A DNA stretch of 63,668 bases, counting the filler, from Rhabdomonas costata (taxonomy: Eukaryota): NCBI GenBank assembly GCA_019059605.1. It is 56 parts of 56 records of this genome, joined end to end, with 100 filler letters (N's around TTAATTAATTAA, not from the genome) between each part and the next. Parts side by side here need not be neighbours in the genome. Positions count along the whole stretch, not along the records: positions 35,318 to 36,356 come from JAHMHO010031992.1; positions 36,457 to 37,477 come from JAHMHO010031993.1; positions 37,578 to 38,616 come from JAHMHO010031994.1; positions 38,717 to 39,755 come from JAHMHO010031995.1; positions 39,856 to 40,894 come from JAHMHO010031996.1; positions 40,995 to 42,024 come from JAHMHO010031997.1; positions 42,125 to 43,163 come from JAHMHO010031998.1; positions 43,264 to 44,303 come from JAHMHO010031999.1; 48 more parts are not named here. One strand, written 5' to 3'. This document shows, in pieces, positions 36,250 to 48,352 of the stretch; the stretch's first letter is position 1, and each line of letters begins with the position of its first letter. The translations under genes and the position numbers were made by a program. The notes below the pieces were generated by a model, which saw only the letters and a program-made list of their open reading frames with translations, did no database searches and was not told where the DNA came from.

Positions 36250-39200
36250 GTGCCTTTTGCGTTTGCCCTGGAGTGTTGCTGGTTTGACCTCAAGACGAGA
36301 AGAAATGGTTGGATGACTAGGCGTTTCATTTTGCGAGTAATTTGTGTACCCCGCTGNNNNNNNNNNNNNNNNNNNNNNNNNNNNNNNNNNNNNNNNNNNN
36401 TTAATTAATTAANNNNNNNNNNNNNNNNNNNNNNNNNNNNNNNNNNNNNNNNNNNNGGTGGTGAAAAAGCCCATTTCGGTCAATAGTGTTCTTTTTTTGG
36501 TGGATTTTTTATTTTGGGGCTTTGCTTGGAAAATCTAAATCACGCTTCCGCTGTACAATGCTTGCGGCTGCGGAAGTCAGATAGCCTTTGCAGAGAGGGA
36601 CCCACTGCCGCTGGTCGCTTCATAGTGTTCTTTGCAAGCGAGTGACATGTGAAGCAAAGAATAGCAGAGTGCATCTACAGTGGGAAGCAATCGGGAGCAG
36701 AAAGGGGTCAACGAAGTGCCACAAAGTTTCTTTCGCGGGTTTTTATACATCCCTAAGTCAAAAAATTAAACAGCGCTATGGGGCCTTCCGTGCGAGCACC
36801 CAGCTCCCAATAAAGGTTGCGGGTATCTTAGGTTAGGGGAAGCTTTACTTTCTATTGCTCTCCTTCAAGTGTGTATTGTGTGTGTGTTGCGCATTGCGCG
36901 CTGGCTGTTGCATGGTTGACTGGTTGACTGGTTGTTGGTGCCACTGTGGACTGACTGGTGCACGCGCTGTTGGCCGAGGGTGCTCGCGAGAGGTGCCGTT
37001 GGAGCGAACGGTGTCGTGGGGAACCGAAACCGGCCGAACGTTCCACATCTGGAAACATACCTTCAGCCCCACGGGTCCCGGGCCAATGTTGCGCAGCTGC
37101 TACCCGCATTGCTCCACACACACACACACAAGCTTCTACCCTCCCGGGGCCACCGAATCCCGCCACCGCCCCCCAATTCACAACTCAACACGCAACGCCA
37201 TTCTCGGGGTGCTTTCCAGCCCCCAATACCCTTCCAGCAGCCCGACCCACACACCCACACCCACACCGAGGGTCCAGCACCGCCAGCAGCAGCAGGCAGA
37301 TGCAGATGCAGGGGCATCCGGGTGGGCATCCTGCGCATCGCCAACCTCACGCACGACCGCACGCAGACGCTGCCTCTGCTTCATTCTCAGGTTGTGCGCG
37401 TTCCCACCCACGCCCTGTGCCTCATCATGCGCTTCCATCGGGAAGGGTGCAGCAGCAGCAGCAGCAGCACAAACCCCNNNNNNNNNNNNNNNNNNNNNNN
37501 NNNNNNNNNNNNNNNNNNNNNTTAATTAATTAANNNNNNNNNNNNNNNNNNNNNNNNNNNNNNNNNNNNNNNNNNNNCTAGTGGCGAAGAGAGAAAGCGT
37601 GGGAAACCAAAGAGAATTATGGCAAGGCCTCAGACAATGGATGGTCGACAGAAATAAATGGCTCCGCAAGAAAATAGTGAAATAGGACTCATCGTGTCAC
37701 CACCGTTCACCATTCCTGACACCAGAGTCAGCACGCCTGCTCCCTCGCGCTCCCCCTCACTCTCTCCCCTTCCCCTGATTGTACGCATTCCCTCCCTCTT
37801 GTTTAGCTGCTCTCTTGCCCGCCTCATTGAACACACCTCTGGACACTGTCGTGCCCAACAGGGGAGAAACCCCCGTTTTCCTTTTGGAACTCGTTTACTA
37901 ACGTCTGCTAACCAACTAAGTAACTAAGTAACTAACGTCTGACTCCGCGGCATCTATTGTTTGAACTTGAAGAGGGGCGATCAGAATTAAATTTTTGCCA
38001 TTCACCTTCTCATTTCCTGACGATCGTGTTGGTGCTGTACTAAACATAGCTGGCTCTGTGAAATTCTTGGGGGACTCGCAGGTGGGGCGGAGATGCAGAC
38101 CGCCGCGCTGGGCCGCGACCTACACGCCCTTGTGCTGGTGGTGCAGGCCCTGGCGCAGGGCCAGGCCCCCGAGGCGGTTGTGCTGGAGAGCGAGGCCGGG
38201 CGCGAGGTGCAACGCCAGCTCGACGCCATTCTCAGAATGAAGGCTGCCTTGGAGCAGGAGAGCTCCTCCAGGCAGGGTGCGGTTGCGCTGTCAAGTTTTT
38301 TCTTGCAATCGAAAGCGGCGGCGACGGCTCAACCAGATGCAGACACAAAAGAGGGGGTACGTGCAAAAGCGACATTTTGGGCCATGAATTAATCTTTGCC
38401 GGCCCGCTATTGCTTTCATGTCTTTTGAATCAATGCACAGTTTTGTGCTTTTTTTCGTTTAAGTTCGTCCTAGGATCCTATGTTCCTCCTAGGATTTGTC
38501 TTTAGGATATCGAGGGAGAATTTTCGCTTTTCATTTTCAGTTGCAATTGCTTTTTTTGCTTTTTGCAATTTTTCCTCGGCCCTCTCCCCAGAGCAGTCCG
38601 CCTACCCAACACCACCNNNNNNNNNNNNNNNNNNNNNNNNNNNNNNNNNNNNNNNNNNNNTTAATTAATTAANNNNNNNNNNNNNNNNNNNNNNNNNNNN
38701 NNNNNNNNNNNNNNNNTGTGTTGTGGATCGCTCTTCATTTCCTTTTTTTCAAAGAAAAAGGAAAAGAAGAGCAACAGAAATCAATTGCACAGAGAGCATT
38801 CGTGCTTCTTAAAAAGATGTATTGATCCCACCCCCTAGGACAGGGGGGAGGGGGTGTGACAATATTCGCACCAGCTCATGGAATTCAGGACGTCAAGAAT
38901 TGGAACGTGGGTGCAATTGTGGGTGACTAATGGGTTACCATTAACGCGGTTCTGTGAAATTTGGACGACTGTGTCCGCAGGCGCTGGCAGAGTCCGTGAC
39001 ATTAACATCCCAATCATGTCATCTATTCCAGTACGTCGATAAACGACGCTTCTGTTCTGACTTTGTGCTTGCATTGCAACAGCAGAAAAGAAGCCGCTCC
39101 ATGGAAGCAAACCCAAGCGTTGTCGTTGCAGGAAATCCAGAAGTACTAAACTCACGATAAGGGTTCTAACTTTCGCTAAATCAAAGTCGGTACCACTTTG

Positions 39201-41057
39201 CTGCAATGGTTTGGAAACTTTCTGTGATGAATCTATACTTGAACCCACACGTCAAAAAGAATAAAATCAGCTGAACACAAACATCGCCAGATCGTGCTTC
39301 AAATCTCCACCCCCCATAGCATAAAAACCGGTAACCCCTTCTAGCACGCATCCATTGCTAGTTTCCCCACACGTCTGAAAGCACCACGCTAATCAGGAGC
39401 CAATGGATTAATCCGCGTCAAGTGCCAAGACTATTGCGGGTGCGGCCTTTCAAGTCCAAGCACTGTGATGATGGCGCCCCTGGTCCCAGCGTGGTGCGTT
39501 TGAGGCCGCCTAGCCCGTGGGCATTGGTGCGCAGAAACCGCAAAACCCCCCATTCCAACAACAGCTTCTCCAGTATATCCCATTCCTGCCCTTGAAACAA
39601 AAGATGCGCCGAAACCGCGTATAAAACAGCGCCTTTTTGCCGACAAGTTTTTTCCACTTGTTTTGCATAACGTGACGTGCCCGAAAATGAGGCCGCTCCT
39701 TCCCTTACTTTTTGTCTTGCCGACTTCCGTCCCGCATATTGAATTCAAACCCAACNNNNNNNNNNNNNNNNNNNNNNNNNNNNNNNNNNNNNNNNNNNNT
39801 TAATTAATTAANNNNNNNNNNNNNNNNNNNNNNNNNNNNNNNNNNNNNNNNNNNNTGTGGCTCCGGTGCTGGTGGTGTGTCTCAAGTGGTATTGCCTTCT
39901 GGTGCGTTGCTTTCCTACATATCTTCGAGGGATTGGTGCGTGCTATAATGCGGCTTGGGGCGATAATTGAGGGTGCTTGCGGATGGGTGGATATGTGTAG
40001 TGCCTAAAGAATTGTGTTGGGGGGTACGCAGGTTCGAGCCTCGAAAGAACGTAAAGACTCAGACGCTTTATTACAGCGTGTATCGGACGAATTTGTCAGC
40101 GCCGTTTGCCGTCTCTCTGTTGTAGGCTCAACCCTGAAACAGGAATTTTTCAGAGTTGTCAGAACACACGTTCTGGCGAAGCAGCACAAAATGTAACGCA
40201 ACAGAAATACTTCTGTCAACATCGTGAACTGCTCATCACTCTCACTTCGGGAGATGGCTTGGGAGTCCCTTTTGATTGGAATCTGTTCGGAAATTTCCAA
40301 AAGCTATGCTCACGTTTTTGTACTTGCCTCCACTTGATACTCTGATTGATACTTCACTTCCGGTGTGTCCGATTTAGGTGGAAGTTCCCAAGGAATTTCT
40401 GGCAGACTGGGACCTCCTTGAGGCTGATGAGGGTGTGGAGCCCCGGCAGCTGACCTGCTCCACGATTTTGGAGGTCACCTACCCCCCCTCCCTACATTGC
40501 CCTTTGGTACCTCATCACACAGGACTCCTGAGGTGACAGACGTGACGTCTTTTTCATGTCCGTAGTCACCACATTGTCCTTTTTTAATGTTGGGCGTAAA
40601 TTCTTTGCATCCTCCTGAGTGCGGAAAAAACACTTTCAAACGACTGACGAAATTGTGGGAACAAATCAACTGGTGGCCAAGAAAATTTGAAACGAAATGG
40701 GAAGTGACGCAGATCTGGATGTGTCCCTCCTCCACTGGCTGGTTCTGCAATAGGCGCCGTCTTCGGGTCAGAGCTGCAACTACGACGGGATTTTCGCCTC
40801 CGCCGGTCGCCGCGAGCTGTTTCCCTCCCCTTGAGCAGCCCCCCTGGGGACTCTGTCCGCATAAATTACCGACGCGTTTGCTTTCACCTCCGCCNNNNNN
40901 NNNNNNNNNNNNNNNNNNNNNNNNNNNNNNNNNNNNNNTTAATTAATTAANNNNNNNNNNNNNNNNNNNNNNNNNNNNNNNNNNNNNNNNNNNNGGTGGT
41001 GTTGCACGCAGTCGAGCAGACCCTTGCCCAATTGCGTGCATCGCCCTCCCGCGAAGT

Positions 41058-41083
41058 CTACTACTACTACTACTACTACTACT
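41058..41083. repeat. (CTA)n microsatellite
   Basis: About 8-9 units. Confidence 0.9.
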
Positions 41084-41212
41084 AGAATGGAGGTATGCGC
41101 ATCTCCTCCTGACCTCCTCAACTACTATTCGTATCTGCCAAGTTTTTTTTGGGGGCAAAATCGGAATTACACCACAGAAAAAGGGGGAATCGGGGGAGGA
41201 GGGAAGGCGCAC

Positions 41213-41688
41213 GTCTGAGCAAGTCCCGTGCTTGTTGCATGGCTTGCACGCACCGCCCGGGCACTGTTGGGTGCACGAGCGGCCGTAGTACCCAGTCTGG
41301 CAGAGGCTGCAGTCCGAGCCGCTCCAGTAGCTAAGACAAAAGAGGTGTAGGTGTGTGTGTTGTGTGTGCGTGCACGACGTGCGCTAAAGGTATCCAAAAA
41401 CATTGACAACAGAGACAATGTTTTCATGTTTGAGGTTTTGGTGGGCAGTGCTCAGTGCTCAGTGTGGATGCAAGGTGAGTACTTCGTAGGATGGTGCCAA
41501 AACAAACAGCCGCCCTTCCCCCTTTCCCCCAATGGCGTTGAGGCGAAAAGAACATCGCCCCACGAACTCACAGCCACCCCCTCCCCTGTTGTGGCCAGCA
41601 TACCCGCTTGCGAGGGTGCTGGAGCACTGGCACCGTGGAGAGGATGCCCCGGAGGGGAGCATGCAGGTGCCCTTGGCGTTGCACAAGC
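41213..41688 (-). CDS. EGF/laminin-like cysteine-rich repeat protein; exons 41688-41604 and 41330-41213
   Basis: Spliced product LCNAKGTC..RCQC..SG|YWSGSDCSLCQTGYYGRSCTQQCPGG..PCNKHGTCSD, with GT-AG junctions in phase. Confidence 0.85.
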
Positions 41689-42205
41689 CTACGTTTAGAA
41701 CACATGCCCCGAGAACCCCGACGGGGACGCGTGCGCGAGCCTACTGCAACCTTTGCCGACGGACTCCCTCCTCCATCCATCTCAAGAAGGTGAATCACCC
41801 GTGAGTCCAAAAAAAGAGCGAGGCAGCAGGTCAAAAGAAAGGGCTGAATTCGCCACTCAGCAGCTCGGCAACCCAAAACTCCATAAAAATGGCACAGATT
41901 CACCCACAGCACAGAAAATAATCCTGAATCTGCTCTCGAAGTGAGACAAAAAAGTATGAAAGCGACTTGTCAGACGGGACGGCACAGTCGTAAAAAAAGT
42001 GTCAAGTGGAAATTTACCCACACANNNNNNNNNNNNNNNNNNNNNNNNNNNNNNNNNNNNNNNNNNNNTTAATTAATTAANNNNNNNNNNNNNNNNNNNN
42101 NNNNNNNNNNNNNNNNNNNNNNNNTTGTTTGGGGGAGTTCTGGATATCTACATTTCCGCCACCATCCTCCGCGGTGGCGGAAATGTAGATATCCAGAACT
42201 CCCCC

Positions 42206-42505
42206 AGACGATACGCGCAGGCGATTTACCTCGCAGTAAGCGTGAGAGTTCAACCGGGAACGAATGCACCCATAGGGTTTGCACTCCAGGACGCAGCTAA
42301 GGTCAGCAAAAACCCCAAGGCTGCGGGGAAGGCTAGAGCCCGGAAAGGCATCAAACAACTTCTGCACAGCCTCGCCACCGTCTCGAAGCAGAGAGTGGAT
42401 GGACCGGCAAGTCGCACCAAGCCGAAAGACGTCTTCAATCTCGCAGAAGCAAACCACAACGCAAAGCACGTCGTGGCCGAGGTTGATCAGCGCAGTCGAA
42501 GGCAT
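42206..42505 (-). CDS. F-box-like protein N-terminus
   Basis: MPSTALINLGHDVLCVVVCFCEIEDVFRLGATCRSIHSLL fits the F-box consensus L..LP.D.L..I..FL...D...L...C+. Confidence 0.65.
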
Positions 42506-43362
42506 CGAAAGTGACCAGTACAATGCAAACGATGTGACGAGGACCAGATTAAGATGAGAAAAGTGATCACGAGAAACTGGACGAAGAAGACAAATAACAA
42601 AATGGGGACAAGGTGGGGGGGGGGGCGTGGCCCCCATAATGGGGACATGGTGACATTAAACTTTTCAAAGTCGAATTTTTTTATGTGGCGACACTGTAAA
42701 CACTGCTGTGAACTATTGGGTCATGTTAATGGTGGTGAGTTTAATTGTCTCGCAGGGGTGTGGGTTAGGGGCGGTGCGCAGGTCCCCAACGTGAGTTTAT
42801 TTGGGCTCGGGTATATGGGCGCTGCACGTGTCACGGTAGTACATTTTTCTGCAATGTTATAGTGCAATTTCGCAATATTGTTTTTGAGAGTACCAAAACA
42901 AAAAATTTATAGCAATCGCCATTTTGAGGGGAAATTCTTAAATCACTGCCCCCACCGTTTGCACTGCCTTCTATCCAAGGCAACGCCTCCTAAAACCACA
43001 AACTGTATAATGGAGTCCCTTAGGGAAGGTGCCTCGCCTCCTGGGCATCGTGCTGGGGGGGGCTCCACCATGGTCGTTAACGAACAGTAATCCTTACTTT
43101 CCAGGGTGGACAATAGCCGGAGTCAACAATATGAAGTGGGGCAATGGCTGGCGTAGAGGGGGANNNNNNNNNNNNNNNNNNNNNNNNNNNNNNNNNNNNN
43201 NNNNNNNTTAATTAATTAANNNNNNNNNNNNNNNNNNNNNNNNNNNNNNNNNNNNNNNNNNNNTCGTTGTAAAGTACGTTGTGGGTGCTGTCGTAAACCC
43301 TCCGCTGCGTGGGGCAAGAAGCGGCGCAAAAGGGTTACGAAAGAGCCGCCAAGGGGCACCGT

Positions 43363-43462
43363 CACCGGCCGAGGGTGAAAGGTCGGGACTATCCTGACCC
43401 CAAGGAGCGGCCACGCAGCGTTTCGGGAGGCCTGCTGTATATACAAAAGACCCCAGGCCTGC
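43363..43462 (+). repeat. Dispersed ~100-bp repeat, copy 2
   Basis: Aligns with 17758-17857. Confidence 0.85.
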
Positions 43463-43676
43463 TTCGGCTTAGCCCTCACTCTATAAGAGCAGTACCTATT
43501 CATCTTTCATTATTTCTAATTTTAGTGGAGTTTGCAAAATGTCGTCCTCTGCGTGGTGAAGTCTGTTCCGTTTTTGGTGCGCTGGTTGGGCGTGGCCGGC
43601 AATGCCCCCCACTGCCTTGATCGCTTCCCACTCACCACAGTCCTTATTGGATCCTTCGGAGAAGCCCAGCCAGACC

Positions 43677-44303
43677 ATGTCCGAGGTGTTGGCTACTTTG
43701 GAGCTGAGCAGCGCGGACAAGTACTACGTGTGCCACTGCTGCCAGAACTTCACAAGGTGTACATCATCAGTTCGCTCTTCTGTCTCACAGAGTTTTCCTC
43801 AGCCCACGGCGGTGATTTTTGTGCGTGTCAGTGCAGCGAAGCCCTGCAGGGGAGAATCTTCTGGCTTGGTTGGTTGGGATCCCGGTGACGAATACTTAAT
43901 GGTTTGCACGTACCATATTACTCTTTTGCTTTTGCGACCTTTTCTTCGCAGTGACCTTGCGGCTCATTTCGAGGATGAGCGCCACCCCTTCACTCGGGCC
44001 TGCCCCGACCGCACCTGCGGCTGCGGCTGTGGCACTTCCCACCCCCAAAGCTCTGCGGCCCACCCCTCGCAGCACCACCCCAACGCTGCGGCTGAGTCTT
44101 CGTCAGCTTGCACGGCCCCTGCCACCACTGTCACTGCCTCGGAGAGCTCCGCTGTTCCTGCTGCTTCCGCAGAGGCGCTGGACAAGTTCGCCACGGAGTC
44201 GGAAGAGACTATGTGGGAGCACTTCCTGCGCGCCCACCGCATGCCTGCTGCTTCCACCACTGCCCGCGACCGTTCTGCAGAGAGGTTGCCGGGGATGACG
44301 GCG
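43677..44303 (+). CDS. C2H2-type zinc-finger protein; exons 43677-43756 and 43952-44303
   Basis: Spliced product YYVCHCCQNFTS|DLAAHFEDERH. Confidence 0.55.
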
Positions 44304-44403
44304 NNNNNNNNNNNNNNNNNNNNNNNNNNNNNNNNNNNNNNNNNNNNTTAATTAATTAANNNNNNNNNNNNNNNNNNNNNNNNNNNNNNNNNNNNNNNNN
44401 NNN

Positions 44404-45442
44404 TTGTGTGTTGTCTCTGCGCGGTGGTGCGCCATGGCCCACCTCCACTTCGTGTGCGGCTTGGAGACGCTTCCCACACTGCAACTGTCTCAGCTGGCAT
44501 CGGCTGCCCGAAGTGCCACCATCCATCTCGCTGCAGAGGTCTCGGTCGAGGCGCTGCGGGACCTGTTCAGTGTAAAATCCCTCCACCGTGTTCAGCTGCT
44601 GCTGCGTTCGGTGCGTGACCTGGAGAAGCCGGGGTGGTATCCCGTGCTCTCCGCGTTGGCCTTCAAAGAGAGCCTACTTGACCTCTCGGTGTCTCAAATG
44701 GAGGTCTCCTCTCCTGGGTTTGTGTGAAGCCTGTTGGACGCTTGTGCTGCGCCACGGCTGAGTCGGATTTCCCTGCACTTGGAGAGCGATGCGGTGGACG
44801 ACGAAGCCCTCCAGCGGCTTGGATGCGCGCTCCCATGCACCCTTCAGAATCTATCCCTTGGGCTGCCCAACAACCCAGGGGCTGCCGGGGCTGGTATCGC
44901 TGGCCTCCAGAGGGCGACCTCCCACCTGACGGCTTTTTCTCTTAACCTTAGTCTCCTGGCGGGGCAACGCCAAAGCTGTATTTCAGAGGTTGTCACTCTG
45001 GTGTCAACAATGTCGGAGTTGCGAGTGCTGCAGCTTAATCTTGTGGCGAATGCCGTCACCCCAGACGCCGCCAGGAGCCTCGCGAGCCTGTGTCAGCTTC
45101 CTCGCCTTTGTTGCGTCCAACTCGAGCTGTTTTCGAACGAGATTGGGGACGAAGGGGCCCTAGAATTGGTCAAGGGGCTTGTCTTGGCATCGGCCCGCCT
45201 CAAAAGGCTCACACTTGGCTTGGGTAGGAATGGACTGACTGACGATGTGGTGTGTTCTCTATCGGAGCTGAGAGCTATGGTCTCGCTGAAGCTCGACCTT
45301 TACCAAAACATGCTGAGCAGTGCCGCAGCGGTCTCCTTAGCTGAGGCGTTGCTCACGGGCACGACGCTAACAAGCCTGCACTTGGATTTGAGGGGAAACT
45401 TTCTGAGTGAGAGTGCAGAGCACCAGTTGATGGCCTACAAAC
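44404..45442 (+). pseudogene. Intronless RNI-like leucine-rich-repeat gene with one in-frame TGA (44725-44727)
   Basis: Repeats include LQLNLVANAV, LELFSNEIGDEGA, LGLGRNGLTD and LHLDLRGNFL. ORFs 44404-44727 and 44734 onward share one frame. Confidence 0.7.
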
Positions 45443-45698
45443 NNNNNNNNNNNNNNNNNNNNNNNNNNNNNNNNNNNNNNNNNNNNTTAATTAATTAANN
45501 NNNNNNNNNNNNNNNNNNNNNNNNNNNNNNNNNNNNNNNNNNGGTGGGGTGTGCCAGTTTTTGTTGTTGTTGGGGGGGTGCTATCGATGTCTTCTGATGG
45601 ATGCGTGTGGTGAAATTGGGCCTTTGGATTACAGTATGCCGGATTCTTGAAGCTGTAGGGTTGGGAGTGGGGGTGGAGTTGGATGGTGGGGGGTGCAG

Positions 45699-46211
45699 GC
45701 TGCGAAGTACGATGACTGGCAGCACACCCTGCTGGAGTGGAAGCAGGCCAACCCTGCGCTGGGGGCCAGCCTGGACGCTTTCGTGCGCGGCCACGTCCCG
45801 AACGACCTGTGCCAGATGATCCCACTTTTCGGGCCCGAGGACAAGCTGGCCACCCGTAAGGCCGGCGCTGAGATTCTGGCGACGATCTCGGCGGCGGTGC
45901 CCAATTTCATCACGGGCAGCGCCGACTTGGCCTCCAGCTGCATGAACGTGATCGAGTTCGCGGGGCATTTTTCAGCCTCGGACTACAGCGGCCGCAACCT
46001 GCACTTCGGGGTCAGGGAGCACGGGATGGCGGGGATCCTCAACGGCATTGCATACGACGGGATCTTCCGCCCCAGCGGCTCCACGTTCATGGTTTTCTCG
46101 GATTACTGCCGGGCCTCCATCCGGGTCGCGGCGCTGTCGCAGCTGCCCACGATATTCATCTTCACCCATGACAGCGTGGGGGTGGGGGAGGATGGCCCCA
46201 CCCACCAGCCG
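45699..46211 (+). CDS. TKT: Transketolase exon (pyrimidine-binding domain)
   Basis: Motifs LATRKA, GSADLASS, GRNLHFGVREHGM, TFMVFSDY and FTHDSVGVGEDGPTHQP, with TGCAG| and |GT borders. Confidence 0.95.
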
Positions 46212-46477
46212 GTCTTTGTGTGTGTATGTGTGTATGGCAGGGTGCAGGTCTCGTTCAATGGCTTGGGCACCCGAATCCCGACTTAGTGGATCTCTCTCCT
46301 ACGACTCATTCTTCTCTCTTCCTCTCTTTGAAAATCCCTCCATCTCTACCACAGCCCCCATCATCGCGTATCTCAGAGACCGGACAGAACCCAACCCCAC
46401 ATTCCGATTTCAGATGGGAAGAGTCAGTCCCAGGAAAAGCTGACTTTAACCCCACAGTTGCAAATAACCCGACGAAG

Positions 46478-46540
46478 AGCTTTCAAGGCAGGCGGAGATG
46501 GTGCCTTGCTGATGATGAAATCCGCCAGGGTCGAAACGCC
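46478..46540 (+). ncRNA. Type III hammerhead ribozyme-like motif, probably degenerate
   Basis: Stem I CAAGGCA/TGCCTTG directly precedes CTGATGA, followed by an imperfect stem II and GAAAC. Stem III has a mismatch next to the core. Confidence 0.55.
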
Positions 46541-48283
46541 AGCCGGTGCGTGTTGAAACGGGGTTCGAAACGGCAGTCACTNNNNNNNNNNNNNNNNNNN
46601 NNNNNNNNNNNNNNNNNNNNNNNNNTTAATTAATTAANNNNNNNNNNNNNNNNNNNNNNNNNNNNNNNNNNNNNNNNNNNNTTGTGTGTGTTGCAGTGGT
46701 TGGCGTTGGTCCTTTCTCGATGCCCGCGAATTTTTGAGAGACTTGCGCCATCCCCCCCTTTATATTTTGCTCAGCAAAGTGCCCCCTTTTCTGCCCTTCC
46801 CTGCGCCTCCAGACGCCTGTTCCATTTGTTTGCCTGCTCGCCTCTACTTCCTCTCTTAGATTCTGTGTTGAACTTCGTGCGGCATGTTCTTCGCGGATAC
46901 TGGTCGGCCAAAATAAGGCAAAACGACCCCTCCGGACCGCCCGACACCTGGTTTACCACGCAAAAGGGCCTCTTATGCAGAGGGAAATGGGAAAGGCTCG
47001 CAGTAACTTGCAAGCTGCCAAAAGGCGGGGTGGGATACGCATAGGCCGTAAGCTGCAACTAGTTTTTATAGCCATGTCTCAGCTTATATCAAACGGGAAC
47101 ATTAAGTCAAAAGTGATTGCGGATGAGCTGCAATCTTTCAAAGAAGAGGAAATTATTCCTTATCTAATCAAGTGCTCCCGTTGCATACACATTGCAAATT
47201 GGATCTGGGACTATAATAAGGTCCTTTGCTGCAACAACTGATGTTTTTCATCTCTCTCTGTCTCTTTCCAACCAGCATCTATTCTTTTTGTTGAAACATG
47301 TCACTGCCTCTTATGGGCTCGCCGATGAAGGATCCCAACACCGTCTTGCAGCACATCCTGGCTGCTGTGGAGCAGATCAAAGCTTCCCAGCAGTACCTTC
47401 AGCAGAGTCACATCGCGCTTCAGACGCAGTTATCTGCCGCCAAGCTCGACCTTGAGACTAAGTTCGCCGCCCTCACACTTTCTCTCGCCCCAAAGGTTCC
47501 CCACACTCTTCCCGAAACCATCTCCTCGGCCGCCCTGGAGCCTCTCATCTTGCCCACCCCCATCACTCCGATCAGGACCGCCTGTACGCGAAGGTCCGGC
47601 AGTTCGCTCAGTCACTCGTCACCTCCGACGTCGATGGCAGCCTTCTGCCGTCCGCCTATACCCAGCTTTTGGTCAGGATTGCTGACTCTGCGGAGGCGGT
47701 TTCTGTTGCCCCCACCCAACNNNNNNNNNNNNNNNNNNNNNNNNNNNNNNNNNNNNNNNNNNNNTTAATTAATTAANNNNNNNNNNNNNNNNNNNNNNNN
47801 NNNNNNNNNNNNNNNNNNNNTTGTGTGGATAAGGTCTCGAAACAGGTGAGCTCCCAGCACTACCTGCCTGAATAATCACACGTGCTGACCCCTCCTGGAA
47901 ACAACCGGAACAGCTGACTTTCGCTCACCCACAAACCTTCCAAGTTCCTCATGTTACAATGGCACCACCACCATGCGCAAGCCTCCATCCTTCAGAAGTC
48001 CGCACGAGAGTATTGGGAAACATGTTGTGTGGCTTAGGGTTACTATCCTTTCTTACAGACACGTGCAATCCCGTGTCGTTCCGGCTACAGCGTCTCTTCA
48101 TGAGTGCCACTGCAAGCCGGCTTTCGTTCGCTCGAGCAATGGTAATCTGTTTTCGAGTACAACGGGGAAGCACGGAACAGGAAAACCAGCCACCTCGGCA
48201 TTCATGCAAAAAGAAGGCCGGCACCTTTTAGGAAAGCGAGCACGCGGTGATGGAAGGATGGGAGGAGGGAGGGAGGTACGTAC

Positions 48284-48352
48284 AGTCCAGGGTCTTCTCC
48301 TTCACGGTGGTCTTCTCCACCTTGTCCCCCAGCTTGACCTGGACCCACATGT
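48284..48352 (-). CDS. C2-domain exon
   Basis: CTGCAG|DMWVQVKLGDKVEKTTVKEKTLD|GT resembles DPYV.V.LG....KT.V...TLNP. Confidence 0.65.

Noticed and set aside
44725-44727. Host-wide TGA recoding or selenocysteine
   Set aside because: It is a single instance in a non-redox LRR protein, no SECIS can be assessed, and TGA ends another gene normally.
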